Source: Eledone cirrhosa (lineage: Eukaryota). From it: a DNA stretch of 64,000 nt. This document shows positions 33,001 through 48,000 of the stretch, piece after piece. Below the pieces are notes generated by a model. The model was given only the letters and a program-made list of their open reading frames with translations, had not been told where the DNA came from and did no database searches. The stretch is from NCBI GenBank assembly GCA_964016885.1, contig OZ024744.1:14322001-14386000 (forward strand), read 5' to 3'. The translations under genes were made by a program, and so were the position numbers. Position 1 is the first letter of the stretch. Each line of letters begins with the position of its first letter.

Positions 33001-36000
33001 ATAGTTGCCCTGTGATCCCACCAGGATAGAAGCCCCATACTATTCTATGTTGTGACTTGATGTCAATAGTTGCACTGTGATCCTACCAGGATAGAAGCCC
33101 CATACTAATCTATGTTGTGACTTGTTGTCAATAGTTGCCCTGTGATCCCACCAGGGTAGAATCCCCATACTAATCTCTGTATGTTGTGACTTGATGTCAA
33201 TAGTTGCCCTGTGATCCCACCAGGATAGAAGCCCCATACTAATCTATGTTGTGACTTGATGTCAATAGTTTCCCTGTGATCCTACCAGGATAGAAGCCCC
33301 ATACTATTCTATGTTGTGACTTGATGTCAATAGTTGCACTGTGATCCCACCAGGATAGATGCCCCATACTATTCTATGTTGTGACTTGATGTCAATAGTT
33401 GCACTGTGATCCCACCAGGATAGATGCCCCATACTATTCTATGTTGTGACTTGATGTCAATAGTTGCCCTGTGATCCCACCAGGATAGAAGCCCCATACT
33501 AATCTATGTTGTGACTTGATGTCAGTAGTTGCCCTGTGATCCCACCAGGGTAGAAGCCCCATACTAATCTCTGTATGTTGTGACTTGATGTCAATAGTTG
33601 CACTGTGATCCCACCAGGATAGAAGCCCCATACTATTCTATGTTGTGACTTGATGTCAATAGTTGCACTGTGATCCCACCAGGATAGAAGCCCCATACTA
33701 ATCTATGTTGTGACTTGATGTCAATAGTTGCACTGTGATCCCACCAGGATAGAAGCCCCATACTATTCTATGTTGTGACTTGATGTCAATAGTTGCACTG
33801 TGATCCCACCAGGATAGATGCCCCATACTATTCTATGTTGTGACTTGATGTCAATAGTTGCCCTGTGATCCCACCAGGATAGATGCCCCATACTATTCTA
33901 TGTTGTGACTTGATGTCAATAGTTGCACTGTGATCCCACCAGGATAGATGCCCCATACTATTCTATGTTGTGACTTGATGTCAATAGTTGCCCTGTGATC
34001 CCACCAGGATAGAAGCCCCATACTAATCTATGTTGTGACTTGATGTCAATAGTTTCCCTGTGATCCTACCAGGATAGAAGCCCCATACTATTCTATGTTG
34101 TGACTTGATGTCAATAGTTGCCCTGTGATCCCACCAGGGTAGAAGCCCCATACTAATCTCTGTTGTGACTTGATGTCAATAGTTTCCCTGTGATCCCACC
34201 AGGATAGAAGCCACATACTAATCTCTGTATGTTGTGACTTGATGTCAATAGTTTCCCTGTGATCCACCAGGATAGAAGCCCCATACTAATCTATGTATGT
34301 TGTGACTTGATGTCAATAGTTTCCCTGTGACACCACCAGGATAGAAGCCCCATACTAATCTATGTATGTTGTGACTTGATGTCAATAGTTGCACTGTGAT
34401 CCCACCAGGATAGAAGCCCCATACTAATCTCTGTATGTTGTGACTTGATGTCAATAGTTTCCCTGTGATGCCACCAGGATAGAAGCCCCATACTAATCTA
34501 TGTATGTTGTGACTTGATGTCAATAATTTCCCTGTGATCCCACCAGGATAGAAGCCCCATAATAATCTATGTTGTGACTTGATGTCAATAGTTGCACTGT
34601 GATCCCACCAGGATAGAAGCCCCATACTAATCTATGTTGTGACTTGATGTCAATAGTTGGCCTGTGATACCACCAGGATAGAAGCCCCATACTAATCTAT
34701 GTTGTGACTTGATGTCAATAGTTGCCCTGTGATCCCACCAGGATAGAAGCCCCATACTAATCTCTGTATGTTGTGACTTGATGTCAATAGTTGCACTGTG
34801 ATCCCACCAGGATAGATGCCCCATACTAATCTCTGTATGTTGTGACTTGATGTCAATAGTTGCACTGTGATCCCACCAGGATAGAAGCCCCATACTAATC
34901 TATGTTATGACTTGATGTCAATAGTTTCCCTGTGATCCCACCAGGATAGAAGCCCCATACTATTCTATGTTATGACTTGATGTCAATAGTTTCCCTGTGA
35001 TCCCACCAGGATAGAAGCCCCATACTAATCTATGTTGTGACTTGATGTCAATAGTTGCACTGTGATCCCACCAGGATAGAAGCCCCATACTAATCTATGT
35101 TATGACTTGATGTCAATAGTTTCCCTGTGATCCCACCAGGATAGAAGCCCCATACTATTCTATGTTATGACTTGATGTCAATAGTTTCCCTGTGATCCCA
35201 CCAGGATAGAAGCCCCATACTAATCTATGTTGTGACTTGATGTCAATAGTTGCACTGTGATCCCACCAGGATAGATGCCCCATACTAATCTATGTTATGA
35301 CTTGATGTCAATAGTTTCCCTGTGATCCCACCAGGATAGAAGCCCCATACTAATCTATGTTATGACTTGATGTCAATAGTTTCCCTGTGATCCCACCAGG
35401 ATAGAATCCCCATACTAATCTATGTTATGACTTGATGTCAATAGTTTCCCTGTGATCCACCAGGATAGAAGCCCCATACTAATCTATGTTGTGACTTGAT
35501 GTCAATAGTTTCCCTGTGATCCCACCAGGATAGAAGCCCCATACTAATCTATGTTGTGACTTGATGTCAATAGTTTCACTGTGATCCGACCAGGATAGAA
35601 GCCCCATACTAATCTATGTTGTGACTTGATGTCAATAGTTTCCCTGGGATCCTACCAGGATAGAAGCCCCATACTAATCTATGTTGTGACTTGATGTCAA
35701 TAGTTGCCCTGTGATCCCACCAGGGTAGAAGCCCCATACTAATCTCTGTATGTTGTGACTTGATGTCAATAGTTTCCCTGTGATCCCACCAGGATAGAAG
35801 CCCCATACTAATCTATGTATGTTGTGACTTGATGTCAATAGTTTCCCTGTGATCCCACCAGGATAGAAGCCCCATACTAATCTATGTATGTTGTGACTTT
35901 ATGTCAATAGTTTCCCTGTGATCCCACCAGGATAGAAGCCCCATACTAATCTATGTATGTTGTGACTTGATGTCAATAGTTTCCCTGTGATCCCACCAGG

Positions 36001-39000
36001 ATAGAAGCCCCATACTAATCTATGTATGTTGTGACTTGATGTCAATAGTTGCACTGTGATCCCACCAGGATAGAAGCCCCATACTAATCTATGTTGTGAC
36101 TTGATGTCAATAGTTTCCCTGTGATCCCACCAGGATAGAAGCCCCATACTACTCTATGTTGTGACTTGATGTCAATAGTTTCCCTGTGATCCCACCAGGG
36201 TAGAAGCCCCATACTAATCTATGTTGTGACTTGATGTCAATAGTTTCCCTGTGATCCCACCAGGATAGAAGCCCCATACTAATCTATGTTGTGACTTGAT
36301 GTCAATAGTTTCCCTGTGATCCCACCAGGATAGAAGCCCCATAATATTCTATGTTGTGACTGGATGTCAATAGTTTCCCTGTGATCCCACCAGGATAGAA
36401 GCCCCATACTAATCTATGTTGTGACTTGATGTCAATAGTTGCACTGTGATCCCACCAGGGTAGAAGCCCCATACTAATCTATGTTGTGACTTGATGTCAA
36501 TAGTTGCACTGTGATCCCACCAGGATAGAAGCCCCATACTAATCTATGTTATGACTTGATGTCAATAGTTTCCCTGTGATCCCACCAGGATAGAAGCCCC
36601 ATACTATTCTATGTTATGACTTGATGTCAATAGTTTCCCTGTGATCCCACCAGGATAGAAGCCCCATACTAATCTATGTTGTGACTTGATGTCAATAGTT
36701 TCCCTGTGATCCCACCAGGATAGAAGCCCCATACTATTCTATGTTGTGACTTGATGTCAATAGTTGCCCTGTGATCCCACCAGGGTAGAAGCCCCATACT
36801 AATCTCTGTATGTTGTGACTTGATGTCAATAGTTTCCCTGTGATCCCACCAGGATAGAAGCCCCATACTAATCTATGTATGTTGTGACTTGATGTCAATA
36901 GTTGCACTGTGATCCCACCAGGATAGAAGCCCCATACTAATCTATGTATGTTGTGACTTGATGTCAATAGTTGCACTGTGATCCCACCAGGATAGAAGCC
37001 CCATACTAATCTCTGTATGTTGTGACTTGATGTCAATAGTTTCCCTGTGATCCCACCAGGATAGAAGCCCCATACTAATCTATGTTATGACTTGATGTCA
37101 ATAGTTTCCCTGTGATCCCACCAGGATAGAAGCCCCATACTATTCTATGTTATGACTTGATGTCAATAGTTGCCCTGTGATCCCACCAGGATAGAAGCCC
37201 CATACTATTCTATGTTGTGACTTGATGTCAATAGTTGCACTGTGATCCTACCAGGATAGAAGCCCCATACTAATCTATGTTGTGACTTGTTGTCAATAGT
37301 TGCCCTGTGATCCCACCAGGGTAGAAGCCCCATACTAATCTCTGTATGTTGTGACTTGATGTCAATAGTTGCCCTGTGATCCCACCAGGATAGAAGCCCT
37401 ATACTAATCTATGTTGTGACTTGATGTCGATAGTTTCCCTGTGATCCTACCAGGATAGAAGCCCCATACTATTCTATGTTGTGACTTGATGTCAATAGTT
37501 GCACTGTGATCCCACCAGGATAGATGCCCCATTCTATTCTATGTTGTGACTTGATGTCAATAGTTGCACTGTGATCCCACCAGGATAGAAGCCCCATACT
37601 ATTCTATGTTGTGACTTGATGTCAATAGTTGCCCTGTGATCCCACCAGGATAGAAGCCCCATACTAATCTATGTTGTGACTTGATGTCAGTAGTTGCCCT
37701 GTGATCCCACCAGGGTAGAAGCCCCATACTAATCTCTGTATGTTGTGACTTGATGTCAATAGTTGCACCGTGATCCCACCAGGATAGAAGCCCCATACTA
37801 TTCTATGTTGTGACTTGATGTCAATAGTTGCACTGTGATCCCACCAGGATAGAAGCCCCATACTAATCTATGTTGTGACTTGATGTCAATAGTTGCACTG
37901 TGATCCCACCAGGATAGAAGCCCCATACTATTCTATGTTGTGACTTGATGTCAATAGTTGCACTGTGATCCCACCAGGATAGATGCCCTATACTATTCTA
38001 TGTTGTGACTTGATGTCAATAGTTGCACTGAGATCCCACCAGGATAGAAGCCCCATACTATTCTATGTTGTGACTTGATGTCAATAGTTGCCCTGTGATC
38101 CCACCAGGATAGAAGCCCCATACTAATCTATGTTGTGACTTGATGTCAATAGTTTCCCTGTGATCCTACCAGGATAGAAGCCCCATACTATTCTATGTTG
38201 TGACTTGATGTCAATAGTTGCCCTGTGATCCCACCAGGGTAGAAGCCCCATACTAATCTCTGTTGTGACTTGATGTCAATAGTTTCCCTGTGATCCCACC
38301 AGGATAGAAGCCACATACTAATCTCTGTATGTTGTGACTTGATGTCAATAGTTTCCCTGTGATCCACCAGGATAGAAGCCCCATACTAATCTATGTATGT
38401 TGTGACTTGATGTCAATAGTTTCCCTGTGACACCACCAGGATAGAAGCCCCATACTAATCTATGTATGTTGTGACTTGATGTCAATAGTTGCACTGTGAT
38501 CCCACCAGGATAGAAGCCCCATACTAATCTCTGTATGTTGTGACTTGATGTCAATAGTTTCCCTGTGATCCCACCAGGATAGAAGCCCCATACTAATCTA
38601 TGTATGTTGTGACTTGATGTCAATAATTTCCCTGTGATCCCACCAGGATAGAAGCCCCATACTAATCTATGTTGTGACTTGATGTCAATAGTTGCACTGT
38701 GATCCCACCAGGATAGAAGCCCCATACTAATCTATGTTGTGACTTGATGTCAATAGTTGGCCTGTGATACCACCAGGATAGAAGCCCCATACTAATCTAT
38801 GTTGTGACTTGATGTCAATAGTTGTCCTGTGATCCCACCAGGATAGAAGCCCCATACTAATCTCTGTATGTTGTGACTTGATGTCAATAGTTGCACTGTG
38901 ATCCCACCAGGATAGATGCCCCATACTAATCTCTGTATGTTGTGACTTGATGTCAATAGTTGCACTGTGATCCCACCAGGATAGAAGCCCCATACTAATC

Positions 39001-42000
39001 TATGTTATGACTTGATGTCAATAGTTTCCCTGTGATCCCACCAGGATAGAAGCCCCATACTATTCTATGTTATGACTTGATGTCAATAGTTTCCCTGTGA
39101 TCCAACCAGGATAGAAGCCCCATACTAATCTATGTTGTGACTTGATGTCAATAGTTGCACTGTGATCCCACCAGGATAGATGCCCCATACTAATCTATGT
39201 TATGACTTGATGTCAATAGTTTCCCTGTGATCCCACCAGGATAGAAGCCCCATACTAATCTATGTTATGACTTGATGTCAATAGTTTCCCTGTGATCCCA
39301 CCAGGATAGAATCCCCATACTAATCTATGTTGTGACTTGATGTCAATAGTTTCCCTGTGATCCCACCAGGATAGAAGCCCCATACTAATCTATGTTATGA
39401 CTTGATGTCAATAGTTTCCCTGTGATCCACCAGGATAGAAGCCCCATACTAATCTATGTTGTGACTTGATGTCAATAGTTTCCCTGTGATCCCACCAGGA
39501 TAGAAGCCCCATACTAATCTATGTTGTGACTTGATGTCAATAGTTTCCCTGTGATCCGACCAGGATAGAAGCCCCATACTAATCTATGTTGTGACTTGAT
39601 GTCAATAGTTTCCCTGTGATCCCACCAGGATAGAAGCCCCATACTAATCTATGTTGTGACTTGATGTCAATAGTTGCACTGTGATCCCACCAGGATAGAA
39701 GCCCCATACTAATCTCTGTATGTTGTGACTTGATGTCAATAGTTGCACTGTGATCCCACCAGGATAGAAGCCCCATACTAATCTATGTTGTGACTTGATG
39801 TCAATAGTTTCCCTGTGATCCTACCAGGATAGAAGCCCCATACTATTCTATGTTGTGACTTGATGTCAATAGTTTCCCTGTGATCCTACCAGGATAGAAG
39901 CCCCATACTATTCTATGTTGTGACTTGATGTCAATAGTTTCCCTGTGATCCCACCAGGATAGAAGCCCCATACTAATCTATGTTGTGACTTGATGTCAAT
40001 AGTTTCCCTGTGATCCTACCAGGATAGAAGCCCCATACTAATCTATGTTGTGACTTGATGTCAATAGTTGCCCTGTGATCCCACCAGGGTAGAAGCCCCA
40101 TACTAATCTCTGTATGTTGTGACTTGATGTCAATAGTTTCCCTGTGATCCCACCAGGATAGAAGCCCCATACTAATCTATGTATGTTGTGACTTTATGTC
40201 AATAGTTTCCCTGTGATCCCACCAGGATAGAAGCCCCATACTAATCTATGTATGTTGTGACTTGATGTCAATAGTTTCCCTGTGATCCCACCAGGATAGA
40301 AGCCCCATACTAATCTATGTATGTTGTGACTTGATGTCAATAGTTGCACTGTGATCCCACCAGGATAGAAGCCCCATACTAATCTATGTTGTGACTTGAT
40401 GTCAATAGTTTCCCTGTGATCCCACCAGGATAGAAGCCCCATACTACTCTATGTTGTGACTTGATGTCAATAGTTTCCCTGTGATCCCACCAGGGTAGAA
40501 GCCCCATACTAATCTATGTTGTGACTTGATGTCAATAGTTTCCCTGTGATCTCACCAGGATAGAAGCCCCATACTAATCTATGTTGTGACTTGATGTCAA
40601 TAGTTTCCCTGTGATCCCACCAGGATAGAAGCCCCATACTATTCTATGTTGTGACTGGATGTCAATAGTTTCCCTGTGATCCCACCAGGATAGAAGCCCC
40701 ATACTAATCTATGTTGTGACTTGATGTCAATAGTTGCACTGTGATCCCACCAGGGTAGAAGCCCCATACTAATCTATGTTGTGACTTGATGTCAATAGTT
40801 GCACTGTGATCCCACCAGGATAGAAGCCCCATACTAATCTATGTTATGACTTGATGTCAATAGTTTCCCTGTGATCCCACCAGGATAGAAGCCCCATACT
40901 ATTCTATGTTATGACTTGATGTCAATAGTTTCCCTGTGATCCCACCAGGATAGAAGCCCCATACTAATCTATGTTGTGACTTGATGTCAATAGTTTCCCT
41001 GTGATCCCACGAGGATTGAAGCCCCATACTATTCTATGTTGTGACTTGATGTCAATAGTTTCCCTGTGATCCCACCAGGATAGAAGCCCCATACTATTCT
41101 ATGTTGTGACTTGATGTCAATAGTTGCCCTGTGATCCCACCAGGGTAGAAGCCCCATACTAATCGCTGTATGTTGTGACTTGATGTCAATAGTTTCCCTG
41201 TGATCCCACCAGGATAGAAGCCCCATACTAATCTATGTATGTTGTGACTTGATGTCAATAGTTGCACTGTGATCCCACCAGGATAGAAGCCCCATACTAA
41301 TCTAAGTATGTTGTGACTTGATGTCAATAGTTGCACTGTGATCCCACCAGGATAGAAGCCCCATACTAATCTCTGTATGTTGTGACTTGATGTCAATAGT
41401 TTCCCTGTGATCCCACCAGGATAGAAGCCCCATACTAATCTATGTTATGACTTGATGTCAATAGTTTCCCTGTGATCCCACCAGGATAGAATCCCCATAC
41501 TAATCTATGTTGTGACTTGATGTCAATAGTTTCCCTGTGATCCCACCAGGATAGAAGCCCCATACTAATCTATGTTATGACTTGATGTCAATAGTTTCCC
41601 TGTGATCCACCAGGATAGAAGCCCCATACTAATCTATGTTGTGACTTGATGTCAATAGTTTCCCTGTGATCCCACCAGGATAGAAGCCCCATACTAATCT
41701 ATGTTGTGACTTGATGTCAATAGTTTCCCTGTGATCCGACCAGGATAGAAGCCCCATACTAATCTATGTTGTGACTTGATGTCAATAGTTTCCCTGTGAT
41801 CCCACCAGGATAGAAGCCCCATACTAATCTATGTTGTGACTTGATGTCAATAGTTGCACTGTGATCCCACCAGGATAGAAGCCCCATACTAATCTCTGTA
41901 TGTTGTGACTTGATGTCAATAGTTGCACTGTGATCCCACCAGGATAGAAGCCCCATACTAATCTATGTTGTGACTTGATGTCAATAGTTTCCCTGTGATC

Positions 42001-45000
42001 CTACCAGGATAGAAGCCCCATACTATTCTATGTTGTGACTTGATGTCAATAGTTTCCCTGTGATCCTACCAGGATAGAAGCCCCATACTATTCTATGTTG
42101 TGACTTGATGTCAATAGTTTCCCTGTGATCCCAACAGGATAGAAGCCCCATACTAATCTATGTTGTGACTTGATGTCAATAGTTTCCCTGTGATCCTACC
42201 AGGATAGAAGCCCCATACTAATCTATGTTGTGACTTGATGTCAATAGTTGCCCTGTGATCCCACCAGGGTAGAAGCCCCATACTAATCTCTGTATGTTGT
42301 GACTTGATGTCAATAGTTTCCCTGTGATCCCACCAGGATAGAAGCCCCATACTAATCTATGTATGTTGTGACTTTATGTCAATAGTTTCCCTGTGATCCC
42401 ACCAGGATAGAAGCCCCATACTAATCTATGTATGTTGTGACTTGATGTCAATAGTTTCCCTGTGATCCCACCAGGATAGAAGCCCCATACTAATCTATGT
42501 ATGTTGTGACTTGATGTCAATAGTTGCACTGTGATCCCACCAGGATAGAAGCCCCATACTAATCTATGTTGTGACTTGATGTCAATAGTTTCCCTGTGAT
42601 CCCACCAGGATAGAAGCCCCATACTACTCTATGTTGTGACTTGATGTCAATAGTTTCCCTGTGATCCCACCAGGGTAGAAGCCCCATACTAATCTATGTT
42701 GTGACTTGATGTCAATAGTTTCCCTGTGATCTCACCAGGATAGAAGCCCCATACTAATCTATGTTGTGACTTGATGTCAATAGTTTCCCTGTGATCCCAC
42801 CAGGATAGAAGCCCCATACTATTCTATGTTGTGACTGGATGTCAATAGTTTCCCTGTGATCCCACCAGGATAGAAGCCCCATACTAATCTATGTTGTGAC
42901 TTGATGTCAATAGTTGCACTGTGATCCCACCAGGGTAGAAGCCCCATACTAATCTATGTTGTGACTTGATGTCAATAGTTGCACTGTGATCCCACCAGGA
43001 TAGAAGCCCCATACTAATCTATGTTATGACTTGATGTCAATAGTTTCCCTGTGATCCCACCAGGATAGAAGCCCCATACTATTCTATGTTATGACTTGAT
43101 GTCAATAGTTTCCCTGTGATCCCACCAGGATAGAAGCCCCATACTAATCTATGTTGTGACTTGATGTCAATAGTTTCCCTGTGATCCCACGAGGATAGAA
43201 GCCCCATACTATTCTATGTTGTGACTTGATGTCAATAGTTTCCCTGTGATCCCACCAGGATAGAAGCCCCATACTATTCTATGTTGTGACTTGATGTCAA
43301 TAGTTGCCCTGTGATCCCACCAGGGTAGAAGCCCCATACTAATCGCTGTATGTTGTGACTTGATGTCAATAGTTTCCCTGTGATCCCACCAGGATAGAAG
43401 CCCCATACTAATCTATGTATGTTGTGACTTGATGTCAATAGTTGCACTGTGATCCCACCAGGATAGAAGCCCCATACTAATCTAAGTATGTTGTGACTTG
43501 ATGTCAATAGTTGCACTGTGATCCCACCAGGATAGAAGCCCCATACTAATCTCTGTATGTTGTGACTTGATGTCAATAGTTTCCCTGTGATCCCACCAGG
43601 ATAGAAGCCCCATACTAATCTATGTTATGACTTGATGTCAATAGTTTCCCTGTGATCCCACCAGGATAGAAGCCCCATACTATTCTATGTTATGACTTGA
43701 TGTCAATAGTTTCCCTGTAATCCCACCAGGATAGAAGCCCCATACTAATCTATGTTGTGACTTGATGTCAATAGTTGCACTGTGATCCCACCAGGATAGA
43801 TGCCCCATACTAATCTATGTTATGACTTGATGTCAATAATTTCCCTGTGATCCCACCAGGATAGAAGCCCCATACTAATCTATGTTATGACTTGATGTCA
43901 ATAGTTTCCCTGTGATCCCACCAGGATAGAAGCCCCATACTAATCTATGTTGTGACTTGATGTCAATAGTTTCCCTGTGATCCCACCAGGATAGAAGCCC
44001 CATACTAATCTATGTTGTGACTTGATGTCAATAGTTTCCCTGTGATCCCACCAGGATAGAAGCCCCATACTAATCTATGTTGTGACTTGATGTCAATAGT
44101 TTCCCTGTGATCCCACCAGGATAGAAGCCCCATACTAATCTATGTTGTGACTTGATGTCAATAGTTGCACTGTGATCCCACCAGGATAGAAGCCGCATAC
44201 TAATCTCTGTATGTTGTGACTTGATGTCAATAGTTGCACTGTAATCCCACCAGGATAGAAGCCCCATACTAATCTATGTTGTGACTTGATGTCAATAGTT
44301 TCCCTGTGATCCTACCAGGATAGAAGCCCCATACTATTCTATGTTGTGACTTGATGTCAATAGTTTCCCTGTGATCCTACCAGGATAGAAGCCCCATACT
44401 ATTCTATGTTGTGACTTGATGTCAATAGTTGCACTGTGATCCCACCAGGATAGAAGCCCCATACTAATCTCTGTATGTTGTGACTTGATGTCAATAGTTT
44501 CCCTGTGATCCCACCAGGATAGAAGCCCCATACTAATCTATGTATGTTGTGACTTGATGTCAATAGTTTCCCTGTGATCCCACCAGGATCGAAGCCCCAT
44601 ACTAATCTATGTTGTGACTTGATGTCAATAGTTGCACTGTGATCCCACCAGGGTAGAAGCCCCATACTAATCTCTGTATGTTGTGACTTGATGTCAATAG
44701 TTTCCCTGTGATCCCACCAGGGTGGAAGCACCATACTAATCGCTGTTGTGACTTGAAGTTCAATAGTTGCACTGTGATCCCACCAGGGTAGAAGCCCCAT
44801 ACTAATCTATGTTGTGACTTGATGTCAATAGTTGCACTGTGATCCCCCCAGGATAGATGCCCCATACTAATCTATGTTGTGACTTTATGTCAATAGTTTC
44901 CCTGTGATCCCACCAGGATAGAAGCCCCATACTATTCTATGTTATGACTTGATGTCAATAGTTGCACTGTGATCCCACCAGGATAGAAGCCCCTTACTAA

Positions 45001-48000
45001 TCTATGTTATGACTTGATGTCAATAGTTTCCCTGTGATCTCACCAGGATAGAAGCCCGATACTAATCCATGTTGTGACTTGATGTCAATAGTTGCACTGT
45101 GATCCCACCAGGATAGAAGCCCCATACTAATCTATGTTGTGACTTGATGTCAATAGTTGCACTGTGATCCCACCAGGATAGAAGCCCCATACTATTCTAT
45201 GTTGTGACTTGATGTCAATAGTTGCACTGTGATCCCACCAGGATAGAAGCCCTATACTATTCTATGTTGTGACTTGATGTCAATAGTTTCCCTGTGATCC
45301 CACCAGGATAGAAGCCCCATACTAATCTATGTTGTGACTTGATGTCAATAGTTTCCCTGTGATCCCACCAGGATAGAAGCCCCATACTAATCTATGTTGT
45401 GACTTGATGTCAATAGTTTCCCTGTGATACCACCAGGATAGAAGCCCCATACTAATCTATGTTGTGACTTGATGTCAATAGTTTCCCTGTGATCCCACCA
45501 GGATAGAAGCCCCATAATAATCTATGTTGTGACTTGATGTCAATAGTTGCACTGTGATCCCACCAGGATAGAAGCCCCATACTAATCTATGTTGTGACTT
45601 GATGTCAATAGTTGCACTGTGATCCCACCAGGATAGAAGCCCCATACTAATCTATGTTGTGACTTGATGTCAATAGTTGCACTGTGATCCCACCAGGATA
45701 GAAGCCCCATACTATTCTATGTTGTGACTTGATGTCAATAGTTGCCCTGTGATCCCACCAGGATAGAAGCCCCGTACTAATCTATGTATGTTGTGACTTG
45801 ATGTCAATAGTTTCCCTGTGATACCACCAGGGTAGAAGCCCCATACTAATCTATGTTGTGACTTGATGTCAATAGTTTCCCTGTGATCTCACCAGGATAG
45901 AAGCCCCATACTAATCTATGTTGTGACTTGATGTCAATAGTTTCCCTGTGATCCCACCAGGATAGAAGCCCCATACTATTCTATGTTGTGACTGGATGTC
46001 AATAGTTTCCCTGTGATCCCACCAGGATAGAAGCCCCATACTAATCTATGTTGTGACTTGATGTCAATAGTTGCACTGTGATCCCACCAGGGTAGAAGCC
46101 CCATACTAATCTATGTTGTGACTTGATGTCAATAGTTGCACTGTGATCCCACCAGGATAGAAGCCCCATACTAATCTATGTTATGACTTGATGTCAATAG
46201 TTTCCCTGTGATCCCACCAGGATAGAAGCCCCATACTATTCTATGTTATGACTTGATGTCAAAAGTTTCCCTGTGATCCCACCAGGATAGAAGCCCCATA
46301 CTAATCTATGTTGTGACTTGATGTCAATAGTTTCCCTGTGATCCCAAGAGGATAGAAGCCCCATACTATTCTATGTTGTGACTTGATGTCAATAGTTTCC
46401 CTGTGATCCCACCAGGATAGAAGCCCCATACTATTCTATGTTGTGACTTGATGTCAATAGTTGCCCTGTGATCCCACCAGGGTAGAAGCCCCATACTAAT
46501 CGCTGTATGTTGTGACTTGATGTCAATAGTTTCCCTGTGATCCCACCAGGATAGAAGCCCCATACTAATCTATGTATGTTGTGACTTGATGTCAATAGTT
46601 GCACTGTGATCCCACCAGGATAGAAGCCCCATACTAATCTATGTATGTTGTGACTTGATGTCAATAGTTGCACTGTGATCCCACCAGGATAGAAGCCCCA
46701 TACTAATCTCTGTATGTTGTGACTTGATGTCAATAGTTTCCCTGTGATCCCACCAGGATAGAAGCCCCATACTAATCTATGTTATGACTTGATGTCAATA
46801 GTTTCCCTGTGATCCCACCAGGATAGAAGCCCCATACTATTCTATGTTATGACTTGATGTCAATAGTTTCCCTGTAATCCCACCAGGATAGAAGCCCCAT
46901 ACTAATCTATGTTGTGACTTGATGTCAATAGTTGCACTGTGATCCCACCAGGATAGATGCCCCATACTAATCTATGTTATGACTTGATGTCAATAATTTC
47001 CCTGTGATCCCACCAGGATAGAAGCCCCATACTAATCTATGTTATGACTTGATGTCAATAGTTTCCCTGTGATCCCACCAGGATAGAAGCCCCATACTAA
47101 TCTATGTTGTGACTTGATGTCAATAGTTTCCCTGTGATCCCACCAGGATAGAAGCCCCATACTAATCTATGTTGTGACTTGATGTCAATAGTTTCCCTGT
47201 GATCCCACCAGGATAGAAGCCCCATACTAATCTATGTTGTGACTTGATGTCAATAGTTGCACTGTGATCCCACCAGGATAGAAGCCGCATACTAATCTCT
47301 GTATGTTGTGACTTGATGTCAATAGTTGCACTGTAATCCCACCAGGATAGAAGCCCCATACTAATCTATGTTGTGACTTGATGTCAATAGTTTCCCTGTG
47401 ATCCTACCAGGATAGAAGCCCCATACTATTCTATGTTGTGACTTGATGTCAATAGTTTCCCTGTGATCCTACCAGGATAGAAGCCCCATACTATTCTATG
47501 TTGTGACTTGATGTCAATAGTTTCCCTGTGATCCCACCAGGATAGAAGCCCCATACTAATCTATGTTGTGACTTGATGTCAATAGTTTCCCTGTGATCCT
47601 ACCAGGATAGAAGCCCCATACTAATCTATGTTGTGACTTGATGTCAATAGTTGCCCTGTGATCCCACCAGGGTAGAAGCCCCATACTAATCTCTGTATGT
47701 TGTGACTTGATGTCAATAGTTTCCCTGTGATCCCACCAGGATAGAAGCCCCATACTAATCTATGTATGTTGTGACTTTATGTCAATAGTTTCCCTGTGAT
47801 CCCACCAGGATAGAAGCCCCATACTAATCTATGTATGTTGTGACTTGATGTCAATAGTTTCCCTGTGATCCCACCAGGATAGAAGCCCCATACTAATCTA
47901 TGTATGTTGTGACTTGATGTCAATAGTTGCAATGTGATCCCACCAGGATAGAAGCCCCATACTAATCTATGTTGTGACTTGATGTCAATAGTTTCCCTGT

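Noticed and set aside
33001-33130. Hammerhead-like words in the satellite monomer (minus: CTGGTGG...GAAAC...GTC; plus: CTGTGA...GAAG)
   Set aside because: The core deviates at essential positions (A6, A9), there is no stem II on the minus strand, no stem I next to the GUC, and many monomers lack GAAAC.
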